Source: Bigelowiella natans CCMP2755
Lineage: Eukaryota; Protista; Cercozoa
NCBI GenBank assembly: GCA_000320545.1
Contig: ADNK01000774.1
Coordinates: 55,206-119,205, forward strand
Direction of reading: 5' to 3'
DNA: 64,000 bases
In this document: positions 13,430-26,861 of the stretch, piece after piece
Layout: every line of letters starts with the position of its first letter
Position numbering within the stretch: the first letter of the stretch is position 1
The notes under the pieces: model-generated
The model's input: the letters and a program-made list of their open reading frames with translations, nothing else
What the model was told of the DNA's origin: nothing
Databases searched by the model: none
Position numbers and translations under genes: made by a program

Positions 13430-14875
13430 ATATATATTATATATATATTTTTTGTTTATATATTTTCACATATATGTACAGCACTTTTGCCATACCCTAA
13501 GAATCTTACATATATCTGGTGTATACATCCGCTCAGGGTACGTAGATGATGATGCTGCTGCTGAAATGACAGGAGTAAAGGAGGAAGATAATAGGAATCC
13601 TGCTGTAAAAAACCGCGATAACGTAGAAGAGAGCAGCAGCAGTCCAGGGAAGGATGGAGACTACTTTGTTCCGACCTCCTGCATTTATGGTGTTAACAGT
13701 GGTGGTAAAAGAGACTGGACGATAGAAGTTGAACGTGAGTTCAAGGTGGGATGCAGGACGGGACTCGTATACGATGAAAGGATGTGCGAGCACTTTCCTC
13801 TAGCTGATGATGACCATCCAGAGAGCCCCATGCGCATCAGGCGTATCTACGAGCTGCTGGTGGAGAGGAAGCTTGCTGACAGGTGTGTTCGAGTGCCGTC
13901 AAGAGAAGCCACAAAAGAGGAAATCCAATCGGTACATAGCGAAGCTCATAGGCAGACCGTATGGGCTTTTGGGAAGTTAGAAGAGGAGCCTCTGGAGGCA
14001 CTTGAGCGAGTGTACGATTCAATCTACCTCAACAAGAAGTCAGGGGAGGCTGCACGGCTATCAGCGGGATCCACAGTGGAGATGGTTACGCGTGTTGTGA
14101 ATGGAGACCTCAAGAATGGCGTTGCCGTCGTTAGGCCACCCGGGCATCATGCTGAGCGGCATGCGTGCAAAGGATTCTGTCTCTTCAATAACGTTGCCAT
14201 AGCTGCAAAAATCGCCGTCGAGAAGCTGGGTGTGAAGAGGGTCCTCGTATTAGACTGGGACATCCACCATGGCAATGGAACGCAACATATGTTTGAGGAC
14301 GACCGAAGAGTCCTATACTTCTCTGTTCATAGGTAGTAGTAGAAGTAGTAGTCGTGGTCGTCATGGTGATGATGATGATAAGCAAGGAGAAGAAGAAGAC
14401 GATGCGACAGAAAATGTATTTCCTGCGAATGATTGCTGCCCTCTCTCCCCCAATAAGGTACGATCATGGTATGTTCTATCCTGGGTCAACTGACGGGGGG
14501 CCAAGAAGGGTAGGCCAGAAAGACGGAAAGGTAATTGTAGCACTAATGGTAGTAGTAGTAGTAGTAGTATTACTTACTTACTTACTGAATTACTTTGATT
14601 CAGGGCTTTAACATCAATGTGGGTTGGAATGGCGGCAACATGGGTGACGGAGACTATATAGGGATGTTCCACCAACTACTGCTTCCCGTAGCCTACGAAT
14701 TCGCACCCGAGCTCATCCTGATATCTGCAGGGTATATGGTTATCTTGATGATGGGACTAGGAATAGTATTGTAACAGTAATCTAAATTTAATTTCGATGA
14801 TGGTGATGATGATGATGGTGGTGATAATAACGATGGTGATGATGATGATAATGATGATGCGAATGAGTGCTCCAC

Positions 14876-14919
<44 letters not shown>

Positions 14920-16319
14920 AGGTTTGATTCTGCACGTGGGGATCCGTTGGGCGGGTGCGACATTACACCCACAGGTAGTAGTAGTAGCAGCAGTAGTGTT
15001 AGCAGTAGCAGTAGCAGTAGTAGTAGTAGTAGTAGTAGTAGTAGCTTAGTGGCTGCTTACAACCCACCTCTCCAACCTGTTCCTTCCTTTCTCTGCGTCT
15101 CCCTCCCCTGCTATCTGATGCCAATTGCGTCTATTCATCAATATGCTTGTCTCTTCCTTCTACTCCCCCATCATCTCGAAGGCTATGCGCACATGACACA
15201 TCTCCTGATGGGCCTTGCCCAGGGAAAGATCGTGATGGTGCTCGAGGGCGGCTACAATCTCAACTCCATATCACAATCGTTCGCTGCATGCACTTCCGTG
15301 TTGCTTGGCGACCCACCAAAGATGCTGAGAAGGGTCTTCCCCACTAAAAGAGCGACGAGAGCTGTGCAGGTTCATCCTCCTCCTCCTCCTCCTTCTGCTG
15401 CTGCTGCCGCCTTGTGCGATGATGTTTTAGTAGTAGTAGTCAAAGAAGAAGAAGAAGAAGTTTTTCTGGAGAAGAACGAAGGCCACAGAGACTGTCGTCC
15501 TTCAGTGACGACGAGAGATATGAACAACAATAAGAACAACAACTACCACACTTGTCGTGGGTACAAACGTTGGTGGTGTTTGAAATGCTATGTGGAGATG
15601 GAGATTTCATTTTAAGTGATAATGATGATGATGATGATGATCGCTTAATGACATATTCATCACACCAGAGATGGCTGATGATGTATGTATGTGTGTATGC
15701 ATGTATGCATGTATGTTGCGAAATGTATGGACTGCTGTTCTCTCTTCTAGGTGCATCATCATCACACTGATGATATCATTACTTCTGTGTTGTCTTCTTG
15801 CAGGACACCAAGCGACATCACTCGTCGTACTGGACGTGTTGCTCTACAAGTGATTACTATCACTTCGGCGGTACAATGGGCGCCCAGCAGTTGATGCAGT
15901 CATTTCAGAGCATCGATGATGATGAGGATGAAGATGAGGACGATGAAGACTATCAAGAGGGTGGCGATGAGGGGGGGGGGGAGGAGGAGGAGGGAGAGGA
16001 AAAAAAAGAGAAGAATGAACGTGAAGGAGACACATCTACAATGCCTCAAGGCAGCAGCAACAACAATATAAATTTGAGAGAGCATATCGAGGACCAGCAG
16101 CTACAATTGACAGGAGACGAAGATGAAGGAAGAGAAGGAGGAGTAGTAGGCCTGGCAGTAGATGTCAGTGCAGCAGCTGTTGGCGAAAGAAAGTCGGAGG
16201 ATGATGGGAGGGAACATGAGGAAGGAGAAGAAGATGATCTTAACGATACTATTGATGATGATGATGATGAAGATGAAGATGATGAAGATTATCATCCCAT
16301 GGAGGATGGAAGCAAATAA
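12740..16319 (+). CDS. Class II histone deacetylase (HDA1/HDAC6/10-like, single catalytic domain) with acidic C-terminal tail; multi-exon
   Basis: Motifs [52 protein letters not shown] and LEGGYNL. Short 5' exons read MEPK/KRPFEE/KRQRT. The D/E-rich last exon ends at TAA 16319. Confidence 0.93.
13389..13447. repeat. (TA)n microsatellite, intronic; representative of many (TA)n, (CA)n, (GA)n, (GAT)n and (TAG)n tracts in the window
   Basis: Directly visible dinucleotide run. Confidence 0.95.
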
Positions 16320-16760
16320 TGAGAATGATTAATAGATATCTTTTAATGAGCAAGTAGTGTGCATTCATGACATAGACGACTGCAAGAGTTTTAAAAGTCT
16401 TCATTAAATTGAGATGTATCTCGGCTAACAAATGGTCGGCGTTGGTCCAACACAAAGTTGGATTATGCATGCATCATCTTTGACTGTGTCTTTGTGTCTT
16501 TACGATGGCACATGGCATAGCTACATGAACGTATGCCACATGTATAGACGAGATTTGCGTTGCATCACCAGCTAGTCATTTGAGCATGGTACTAGCTAGC
16601 TAGAGCGTACATAACACACACATTTGCCACATTGTGTGCTAGACAATTTGGTACGACTCATGCAGTGCTAGAGTGCATGCATGCAGCAGCTGCATGTTAG
16701 CCGCGCATTTTGCTTTGTAATGTCTGTGGGCGCGTGCCACATGTAGGCCTCACTATGTAC

Positions 16761-16834
16761 AGCGCTGTAGCCATGCACTGCTTTGCACAGCTACATAGGA
16801 TGAGCATTTTTAATTGATTGATTACATCCGTCTT
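16761..16834 (+). repeat. Dispersed ~45-bp motif AGGATGA...TTACATCCGTCT with conserved 5' flank, degenerate copy 1
   Basis: agcgctgtagcc..tgctttgcacagctacataggatgagcatttttaattgattgattacatccgtct aligns with 56660-56745. Confidence 0.65.
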
Positions 16835-17190
16835 ATACGTACAGCATATATGCCGCGAAACGCACGAGTCTATTCTAGATTGCGCAGCGCTAAGTTGCAT
16901 GTCGCAATGATGATCTATGATCTAGCAATAGTCGATGCACGCGCATGTGTACAATAAGATGTAGTCAGTGTGCGCCACTTAAATTCCTACACGTGCGCAT
17001 GCTTGCCGCACATGTGGCGGTCGTAAAATCATGCGATCTAGCGATGCACAGCTTCAATATGTGTATGCATACATGTATGTCCGATGTAGTAGATAGTATA
17101 CACATAGCTATCTAGCTATGCAACTTTTTTTGCATTTTGGCACTCATTTTGTTCTGCAACTGATTTCCGGTGACTGTTTTGTCTGCTGCT

Positions 17191-20100
17191 TCAACGTTGC
17201 GCAATCCGCCTTCCCGCTTCTTTGATTCTAGATTTTGGGTGGTTAGAAATTACCCTTTTGGTCGAATCATCGCCTTCATCATCAGTACTCCCATCTGACG
17301 AATATTCATTTCCACCACCGACGCTCACCATCAGCGCATTGACCCTCGAGGTCAGTTCTGCAAAATTAGGCTCATGCTTATCTTTACTCGCCGAACGTGA
17401 AGTTCTTTTACTCGTTGGGGACCGTCTTGACGCTGGTGATAGTCTTCCCTGCTTAGTATCCGAAGTCTTGATCCGCGAGCGTGCGCGACGCTGATATCTA
17501 CTGCTGCTGGTAATTCTGGGTGTCATTCCAGCATTTTTTGCTAGAGCTGCTGAAATCGACACGCTCATTATTTGCGGTGGCATAAGATCTCGAGAGCCTG
17601 TCCTTTTACGATTGGCCGCCTTAGACTGCTGGGCGATATTGCTGCTGTCCTGCTGCTGATCGAAGTTGTGAGAGGGGGAGATGGGAGGCTTAGATTTGGG
17701 TGTTGTTGTTGTTGTTTTTGTTCCCAAGGATGTCTTGGTCTCTGCAGCAGCATTGCTGCTATAGTATGCGGAGGAAGATACAACCTGACTAGGTTCAACT
17801 CTGATGGATGGGGACGGTGGCGCTGCCTGCCCGACATCAGGAGGAGTAGGAATCGTCATCTTTATGTTGCTGCGTTTGGGGTAACGAGATGGTGACTTCG
17901 AGGATGCAGTGATCCTGCCGGTGCTCACTCTACCGGTCGGGATTTTGTTGCGCCGTACTTTGACTGGTATTTTGCTATTGTTGTTGTTGTTGTTGCTGCT
18001 GCTGCTGCTATTTCCATATCGGAGCATTTCAGGAGGGGCTGCTTCTACTGCGCCTGAATGCGGGAGTAACCTTGGCAGCAGCTCATCGCCACCTACCTTT
18101 TCATCACCACCACCTCCTCCACCATTATCACAACTACCACCACCACCACCACCACTTCTACTACTACTACTCCCAACACTACTACTGCTTCTGCTGCTGT
18201 TACATAGCACTGGGGGGTACGACAAAGACGATGATATATTGTGATTACTCCCGCTGTTGCTATGCACCGGAGGCTTCCCTGAACGCTTTCTGCTGCTGCT
18301 GTTTCTACAGCTGATTTTGTTGGAGGAGGTTTTCAGGCGGACGTTGCTAATTGCATGAATCTTCGATTCAATTGGGGGGTGAGGAGGAGGGAGATGAGCA
18401 TGAGGGGGGTGAGTAGAAGGGGGATGGGTAGGAGGAATTTGAAAATGACTAGCTTTTTTCGAGTCGTGACTATCATCGATATCTTCGCCTCTGTTGTTAG
18501 TGCTTGGATTTACTACATCAGCCATAGCTGATTGTGAAGGTAATGCTGCTGCAAAAGATGGTGAAGATCCTGATGATGATGATGGTGATGGCGGTGATAA
18601 AGGGGAGTGTTTGATCCCTCTGGATGATGTTGGCAAAACGGGTGCTATTGATGATGGTGGAAGGAGTGGGGATGGCGTTGATGCCCTCCTCTCCAACACA
18701 ACAGAGGTAACCCCTCCACGAGGAGAGGTAGAGACCAAAGCAGCAGCATGCACCACAGGAGATTTCGAAGAAGCAGAGTCAGCAGAGATCTCACCAGCAG
18801 GAAGAGGTACTTCTTTTGCCGCTACGGAAGACAATGCTGATGTTGATGACGACGACGACGACTTTATGGACGATGATGGAGCTCTCTTCTCTCTCCTTCC
18901 TCTATTCTTGGACAGCTGCTGCCGTCGGCGCTGATTTGGAGGCGGTGTTGACGATTTAACAAGATTGCCCTTGGACCCCGGGGAGCGTCGCATATAGTTG
19001 GAACTATAGGACTTCTTAATCGATGCTGAACCATTTCTCCTTTGGCGTGATCCCTTTAAGGATGCCTCTGACCTCTTACTGTCATGAGTACATACAACGC
19101 CATCCTGGTAGAGGAAGAGGGAGAGAAAGAGAGAGCAAGTCAACCAGCATGTACATATTACTTTACGTTCTAGTGACAGTGTGATAAATCACGAACAATT
19201 TTTGGAGTTTCTCGTCCTCGGTGCCACCACCAACAAATTCATATCCGTTGTGTTTGCTATCATCGCCTTCATTACCATAATGATCATATTGGGAAGTAGT
19301 AGTAGTAGTAGTAGTACCTTTCTCCTGGATTTAACGGTCTTACTACCACGGCGTTTCCTTCTAGGAGGCGGGTGGTTCTCAGATGAATAACTGCGAAGAG
19401 AGGAGACGATGCTACTACCAGCCGACAATGAACGTGATCCTTTATTCAGCTTGCTGCGCTCATTCTGCTTCTTACTTTTCTTCAACTTTTTCCTAGTTTT
19501 CTTCTTCTTCTTCACCTTGACGGACGTCACAGGAGCGAGCTCGCCCGTTTCGGCCGTATTCTCCTCTTCCTCCGAAAAGCCAGACTCGTCTCCTCCAAAG
19601 TCGCCCTCCCCCAGCATCTCCGCCTCCAGCCTTAACTTTCGCTCATATTCGTCGACCTGATAAAAGAGATAGCCAGTGCAGTGATATGTGTGAGAAGAAA
19701 GGGAAAAACTCAAACGATAGCAATAATAGAGGTAGCAATAGTAGCAGGACTGTCGAATCGAGGGAGAACGAATTATTATATTTTTTGGCTGTCTCTTCCG
19801 AACTTTCAAAATCTCGACACACTGATATTATGTGTCTTCTCTTACTTGGATGAGAGCACGTGCATGCTCAATCGGGTCAAGGAACTGCACCATGGTTCGG
19901 CCTACACATAAATAATATTCGAATGATGATTGCTATTTGTTCGTCGCGTGACGCTCGAATCGTAAAACAAAAATTACACGAAGATGTGATGCAACCCTCC
20001 GACTTCATTGTGTGTTCTTCTTCGCTCATTATGCTAATAATAGTTTGTCATGTTATGGAACATACCAAGAATCTCGCCCATTTCCATGAAGTCACTCCAA

Positions 20101-21406
20101 CTCAAGTGGTGTCCTGTGGAGATAGATGATGAGGTGAGAAGTGCTAAAACACACACACACACACACACATACACACACACATACACATGGTATAATCTTG
20201 GCGAAAGAGTGTTGTGATGATGGTAATACTATGATGACAGTACTAAATCTCTTCGAAAAACACCAAAATGATAAAGACCAATGCATGCCCATTTTACCAT
20301 CGCGCCCGCAAAATTTGGTGAAATATCAGCTATACTGAATTACTAAATTATTATTCTACTAGTGGATCGAAGAACCACCTTTCTGCTTTCCAAAATCTGT
20401 ACCAGCGAAGGAAGCTTCCATTGTGTAGCTGTTGATGATACCCATTTCTTTTCGATAGACTACGCGCGCACATGATTCTTTCTTTTTAGAGACTTTGAAG
20501 TTGCAGTCGCGGTAGCTAAAAAAGTTGTTCCCGTTGTCGAACAGCATGTACGGAAACACCTTTTGATATTGATTGTGTGTGAGGGGGAGAGAGGCCGTTT
20601 GATTGAAAGTAAATAGATCGTGTGCCAGGGCTATGTTGAGATATGGGCGAGGATCTTTGTGAAAAGGCGTTTGATGATGACGAAGATGATAGTAGTGATG
20701 ACTAAGGTATGAGTTGCAAATTATTGAAGATGGTTTTCGGATGATGTGAAAACCAAAAGAGAGACTATTAACATTATCAGTGACTTCCGTACCGATTTAA
20801 TTACAATACAGTTCTGTCCCTAAAGAGATGATATACCCGCTCATGGTGATAGTAGGGATCCTCAGGTCGCCCATTCTCACAGCCATACATGAAGATATTT
20901 GGCTTTCGAGAGTGTCCGTGCAAATCAATACAGAGAGGAATCTAAAATAAGCAAGTATGATGGTATCAGTAAGTACTCACTGACAATAGTGGATTTAGGC
21001 AGGATGATTGCAACTATAATAAATAAACATCATGGGATGATGACGGTGACTACGAACGTATAGTACATACAAACACACACCTCTCGATTTGCAAGAAGCT
21101 TCTTTGCCATCATCTTGACTAAGAAGGGGGGAAAACAGCAAGGATTAACTCACAACCATCACCTCACAGTATCACGCATCGTACTACCTTCAAAAACAGT
21201 GGGATTCCGTACTGCACAAGGGACGTCATATTTGCGGTTCAGGTCCACGCCAGCTAGGGAGAGAACAGCAAGAACGAACAGAGAAGGGAAGTTGTTGTTT
21301 TTTTTTTAAATTATAAAGGCAAGCAGCGAGTGCAATGCTGATATATGTCAAGTTGTTGTTGAGGTGCAGTGACTCTGCTTACCTACGGACTCACTGTTAG
21401 ACCATC

Positions 21407-21447
<41 letters not shown>

Positions 21448-23523
21448 GTGGCAAAAATACCCAAAGAGCAGCGGTAGTTCCCGTTTATAACTCCGTCTGG
21501 ATTCAGCATTGGGACGACCTGCGATGGTATACGCAATAAATGGGATGAATAATTGACAGCTGCGGAAATGTTGAATGAAGCATCAGGTTGGAGTAGTGTC
21601 CTTCGACCCTGACCTTGAAGACAATGTTATTGCGAAGATATCTGGCTGCTGCCGATTGCCCGGTTATAAATGCCAAAAAACCTAGATGACGATTGATTGA
21701 CGATCAGAAAAATAAATAAGAAAAACGCTCCTTCCTTACAATCACGAACAAACACCGTCACTCAAAATACGCCCCCTGGCAGAAACGTGATAACATCAGA
21801 GTCTGATGTTCTTGTAGCATTTTTGCAATATGGGTACACCACGGTGACGACCTCGCATCATCCATGAAGCATTAGTTTCGCCAGGATGGACCCGGGCAGT
21901 TACCTGGAGGGGAGGTGTTCATTCAAGAGGTTAGAGTGCAATTTGACGTTATTGTGCGTGGAAGTAGCAGTGAGGAGATAACGTGACCACTACTTGCTTG
22001 GAACGTACCACTATCCCTTTTCTGTCCCTGATTTCCTCCGAGGTAGAATTGAAATTCGATATTGTAAGAAGATCGCACTCGTTGCCTCCTGAATGAGATC
22101 ATTTTCATGACAAGCAACCACGACGACGGCGACGACACGCGCAATAGCCATACTATTCCCGGCAGTACTCTACGCAATCACGCCCTGTGGGTATTTGTGA
22201 GTAGTACCTAGGGTTTGACACAGAGCCCTCCTCCTCATTAAACGGGAGACGGCTGGCTGGCGCTGCATCAAGGCGAGATCGTATCGCAAATCCGTGTAGG
22301 AATATGGGTAGCAGTAGGCAAAGTAGACTGTGTCATTTTCATGCTTCAACTCTACTGTAAAGGTGAGCGTGAAGTAGGGCTTATTGTTCTGCTTTGCTCG
22401 CTTAAGATGATTCTGGTAGTAGCAGATATTCTCCCCAGTGCGGAGCCAGCCAGCACCCCTTTCTCGAGCAGCAACCCTCGAGAATATCAGTGGTCGCATG
22501 CCATAGTTGTACCTAGATGGTAAGTGGTAATGTGATTATGATGGTGATGATGATGGAGGTGGTGGGAGATTATGAACGAAGATGGTTGGTGATGTTCAAT
22601 CATTTAGACTTGAGAAGATACAAAAATCGAATGGAAAAACTCACATCGAATCCGGCTTCTGGAAATTTATCAAGTTCAGCTTATATTGCGCTGCCCGCGT
22701 ATTGGAGATAGAAAAGTAGAACCTTTTAGACACAATAGTAACAATCAGCCCAGGAGCACATATACGAGTACGGATGTGAAAATGTTGCTACTGCTGTTTG
22801 CTTACCATTGGGTATGGCCGTTCGTGTTGATATCAGGTCTAATTATCAAATCGAACTCCCATTGATATACTTGAACCACGCGCCGAAGATTTCCCCCTAT
22901 TTAAACAGCAAAGTCATGAAGAATCAGAGTCCAAGATTTCATTGCTAATATGCAACGAAGTTAAACAAGCATGCAAATGGGAAGAGGTGGATAGTGACTT
23001 GACAAAGCCAGAGCTGCTCAGCTGATATTTTGCACTGCAACAAAAGTGCTACATATACATTGCTCCAATAGGATCACGGAAAATACTAATTACCTTCAAA
23101 ACGGGACTCGAAAACCGGGGTAGTATCTGTTTGCCCCTTGACCTTGTAATATGGTTGCGGAGGAATATTAGCCGCCCGGTCCTTCTGCTTTAAGGAAAGA
23201 GCGTATAGTTCGTCGCAATCATAGATGACAGCATCAAGAGTGCCCTCGGGGTTTTCGATTCGTTCGATATCACGTTTTTGCATCGCACTGATCAACCCCG
23301 CGCGATCTTCACAATCATCAAGGGGCTCAGGGTCTGGCGTTGTAAATGTAGGTCGGCGCGGGGCGGGCGCTCGAAGAGGCATATATGCCTTTGGAGGCGG
23401 AATCGTCGGAGGCTTCAAACGCTGCGTCCCCCTCTTCTTTGAGTCGAACATAGGTAATGGGGGGGGAGGCAGCAGGGGCTGTGGAGCCTGGTGCCCCAAC
23501 TTTCGTCTCATTTTCAGATCCAA
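17191..23523 (-). CDS. Cytosolic carboxypeptidase (M14D, CCP/AGBL family tubulin deglutamylase) with long low-complexity basic C-terminal tail; multi-exon, start uncertain
   Basis: Motifs FESRFEGGNL, NTNGHTQW, YNYGMRPL, GWLRTGENICYY, YFAYCYPYSYTDL, ARVHPGETNASW, VPMLNPDGVINGNYRCSL, DLNRKY, DLHGHSRKPNIFMYGC and SYTMEASFAG. The Zn ligands and catalytic Glu are present. Confidence 0.93.
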
Positions 23524-24268
23524 TCTAAAGCGTCAGACTTATACTTCAGTGGTAAAATGCATAATGCAGTCGTAGCAGTGTTGGTTCATCCTGGATGTTG
23601 TTTGTTCTCAAGTCTGACAACATCTCCGAGGTCAATTTCCCCACCAAGAAGACAGCCCAGCCACTACGAAGACTGTGCCATCTGAAATAGTTATGTGCTA
23701 ATCAAAGACTGAAACGCAGCAAGCGTAGCGCTCGTGAATAGATGGACGAACTGGCAAATGTGTTCTCAAACGCACAAAAAAAGTGTGATGGAAGATGTTC
23801 ATGCCTAAACAAGAGAGAAAGAGGAAAATTGGGGGATACGTTAGGGGGTTAACCGACCATGTAGTAACCGGTCCAATGAGCTTTGAGAACAGAAGTTTTC
23901 TATATAGGGAAAAAATAGAGCCAGAAATATCTACATAGTTATCTGATATGATGATAAGATTGGCTGTCTAAGTCATCGACAATTTATGTGATTCAACAAT
24001 CTGTGTGGTGTTAAGAAAACATCTGAGAAAAAGCTGACAGAAATCTTCTGAAATCACAGAATACCCTTGAAACGTCTAAATTGTTCAGTTTGCAGATAAG
24101 TCTATGTGCTACGACAAGGCTAAAATTTGCTTTTTCCTACAAACCGAGGACGATTTGTCGCAACCAACAGAACATTGCAGAATCTCAGAATTCAGCACTT
24201 CACATTACAAACATTTTATCAAATAAAAAGTCGCACGGAGAATTCAACCGCAAATCTCCGACGGCGCA

Positions 24269-25072
24269 ATGGTGGGCAACATGAAGTCTTGCAATGGGAG
24301 GGGGGAATCTATGCAACGAACCCATTTGGGGAATTGAGAAGCATATGGGGTTGAGTGGGGAAGATGTTGTTTTGTTCTGGTGTTCATCCACTCTTCTCCC
24401 TATATTTTTGGAAATGGAAGTAACTGTCCTACACAGAAGAAAATGTTAATTAAAGAGGAATTTATTCATTTTTAGGGAGCTTACAAGTATCTCGAGGAGC
24501 TTTACAAGAAAAAGCAGTGCGATGCAATGCGTTTTCTGCTTCGTGTACGTTGCTGGGAGCTTCGTCAACTCCCTGTGATGCACCGGGCTCCACGCTCAAC
24601 CCGCCCTGATAAGGCTCGTCGTCTCGGATACAGAGCCAAGCAAGGATACGTCATCTACCGTGTACGTGTTCGCCGTGGAGGACGCAAGCGCCCTAACTGG
24701 AAGGGAATTGTTTACGGAAAGCCAGTCCACCAGGGAGTAAAAGGGCTAAAGTTCGAGCGCAACTTGCGATCTGTTGCTGAGGAGCGTGTGGGCCGTCGTT
24801 GCGGCAATCTCCGTGTCCTGAACTCCTACTGGATCAACCAAGATGCAACCTACAAATACTTCGAGGTCATTCTAGTTGACCCTCACCACAATGCTATCCG
24901 CCACGACCCCCGCATAAACTGGATCGTCAACCCTGTCCACAAGCACCGCGAAATGCGCGGCCTCACATCTGCTGGAAAGCATTCCCGTGGTCTGTCGAAC
25001 CCCAAGTATCGTCCTTCTCGCAAGGCAGGATGGAAGAGGAACAACACTTTGTCCCTCAGGCGATACCGATAA
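24269..25072 (+). CDS. RPL15: 60S ribosomal protein L15 (eL15); exon 1 is the ATG only, intron 24272-24475
   Basis: ATG|gtgggc...tttag|GGA GCT TAC gives [33 protein letters not shown]...[15 protein letters not shown]...[12 protein letters not shown]...LSLRRYR. Confidence 0.98.
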
Positions 25073-25371
25073 ATGTATTGACTTTTCTCTGGTCGCTATT
25101 CGTACGTGCATTATTGTGGTTGCATTTGCCCATGCATGCATGCATCCACCACCAGGATTGGGTGTCATTATCGGATGTTTCAATTTAGTGATCAAGATTT
25201 CTAAAAAACTACTAAACACCATTTGTGTCTGCTACATATTTATATAAATCCATGCACTTGATTTCTGGGGGTATGTGCCACAAATTATGATTGGGGTGGA
25301 CACTAGCTTAGCAGAATTTGTAAATTAATCCCAGTTTTGTGGCATTACACAACAACGTACAAGCACGCTAC

Positions 25372-25415
<44 letters not shown>

Positions 25416-25542
25416 CATAACTATATATTATATACGGTGTGTGGGTTTGTGTATTCTGGTACGCGCATTTTAGTGATGAAAACATGATACTGTATCGTAT
25501 ACGACACGTACGTCTCCCGCGATCCCGCAATATACCAATATA

Positions 25543-25597
25543 AGAGACGAATGTAATCAAATGCTTCACATTTTTTTATTGTCATCCTAATGTAGCT
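25543..25597 (-). repeat. Dispersed motif copy 2 (reverse)
   Basis: The reverse complement reads agctacattaggatgacaataaaaaaatgtgaagcatttgattacattcgtctct. Confidence 0.6.
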
Positions 25598-25745
25598 ATG
25601 CTCTCGCGACACGAGTTGTAAAGCTAGATAATCGTATCCAGTATGCTTCACATGCTAGCATGATGTATCGACTACTTACACCTGAGACACCTAGCTAGCT
25701 AGCACGCAGATCATGAGCTGGCGCATACTTACTATAGACACACAG

Positions 25746-25759
25746 TATATATAATATAT

Positions 25760-25831
<72 letters not shown>

Positions 25832-25850
25832 GTCATATATATAATATGTA
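25746..25850. repeat. Compound (TA)n microsatellite between two back-to-back copies of the dispersed motif
   Basis: Directly visible. Confidence 0.9.
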
Positions 25851-25851
25851 C

Positions 25852-25898
25852 ATCAGGATGACCATTGAAAAAATTTAATTCTTCATCACATCCGTCTC
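25852..25898 (+). repeat. Dispersed motif copy 3
   Basis: atcaggatgaccattgaaaaaatttaattcttcatcacatccgtctc is nearly identical to atcagggtgaccattgaacaaatttaattcaatcattacatccacctc at 56697. Confidence 0.85.
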
Positions 25899-26361
25899 AT
25901 ATATAATATATACGTATGTCTATTGTACTTACCTATATACTGCATAACATGCATCACATCATCACATAAATGCAGCACTACGATACCCACGTGTACATGC
26001 AAGCACGCCAGACATGCAATGGATTGCGAGTGGTGGACACGCTAGCAGCAATGCAAGCTAGTAAGGTGTAGCAGCACGACAGCACATTATCATATTATAA
26101 TGGCAACTGAGCTAGATTACTGCCACATGTCAGCATCGTAACTACGCTGATCTACGAGCTATAATGCATTACCAAGCGTAGCCACATTTTGAAGAAGTAG
26201 GGCTATCATGCAAGTCTTACTATTTTCGGCGATGACTACTGACTTCACGATACCATGTTATAATAATAAATATACAAATGATAATTTCTTCGTTGTATAG
26301 CTTAGATATATCATCATGCGTGGCACCTGATGACAATACTTTCAATATATATTGTTAAATA

Positions 26362-26397
<36 letters not shown>

Positions 26398-26599
26398 ATT
26401 GAGAACAGATGTGTGATTCAAATCGAGCACACACTCAAAATTCTGTTAACTCTCTCTCTTCTTCCTTCCTAGCTAGCTGGCCACTATAATAGTACTGCAG
26501 AGCATTTCTTCGTCAGAACTCTACTAGCCCTTTCGTCACGTAGTAGCAGCGGCAGCAGTAGGAATAGTAGTAGTAATACAAATATATGCTTATATTATC

Positions 26600-26827
26600 C
26601 TTTCCTTAATCTTTGTCGCCGGACATTGGGTTCTTCATCTCAATATTAAGTGGTAGTTGTAAAAGTAGCAGTAGTAGTAGGAGGAGTAGGAGGAGGAAGA
26701 GGAGAAGGACCAAGACACTTCCGACAAATGCCGCAATCTAGCTTCTCTTGTAACTACTACCTAATGTTGAAAATTTCCACTCTCTCCTAGCTGCTGCTGC
26801 TGTTCTTCTTCTCTTTTTAACACCACC

Positions 26828-26861
<34 letters not shown>

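Noticed and set aside
17222-18934. Plus-strand ORFs with poly-Leu/Cys/His runs opposite the CCP tail
   Set aside because: They are antisense shadows of trinucleotide repeats in the real minus-strand exon. The same applies to similar ORFs at 37209-38545 and 8825-9359.
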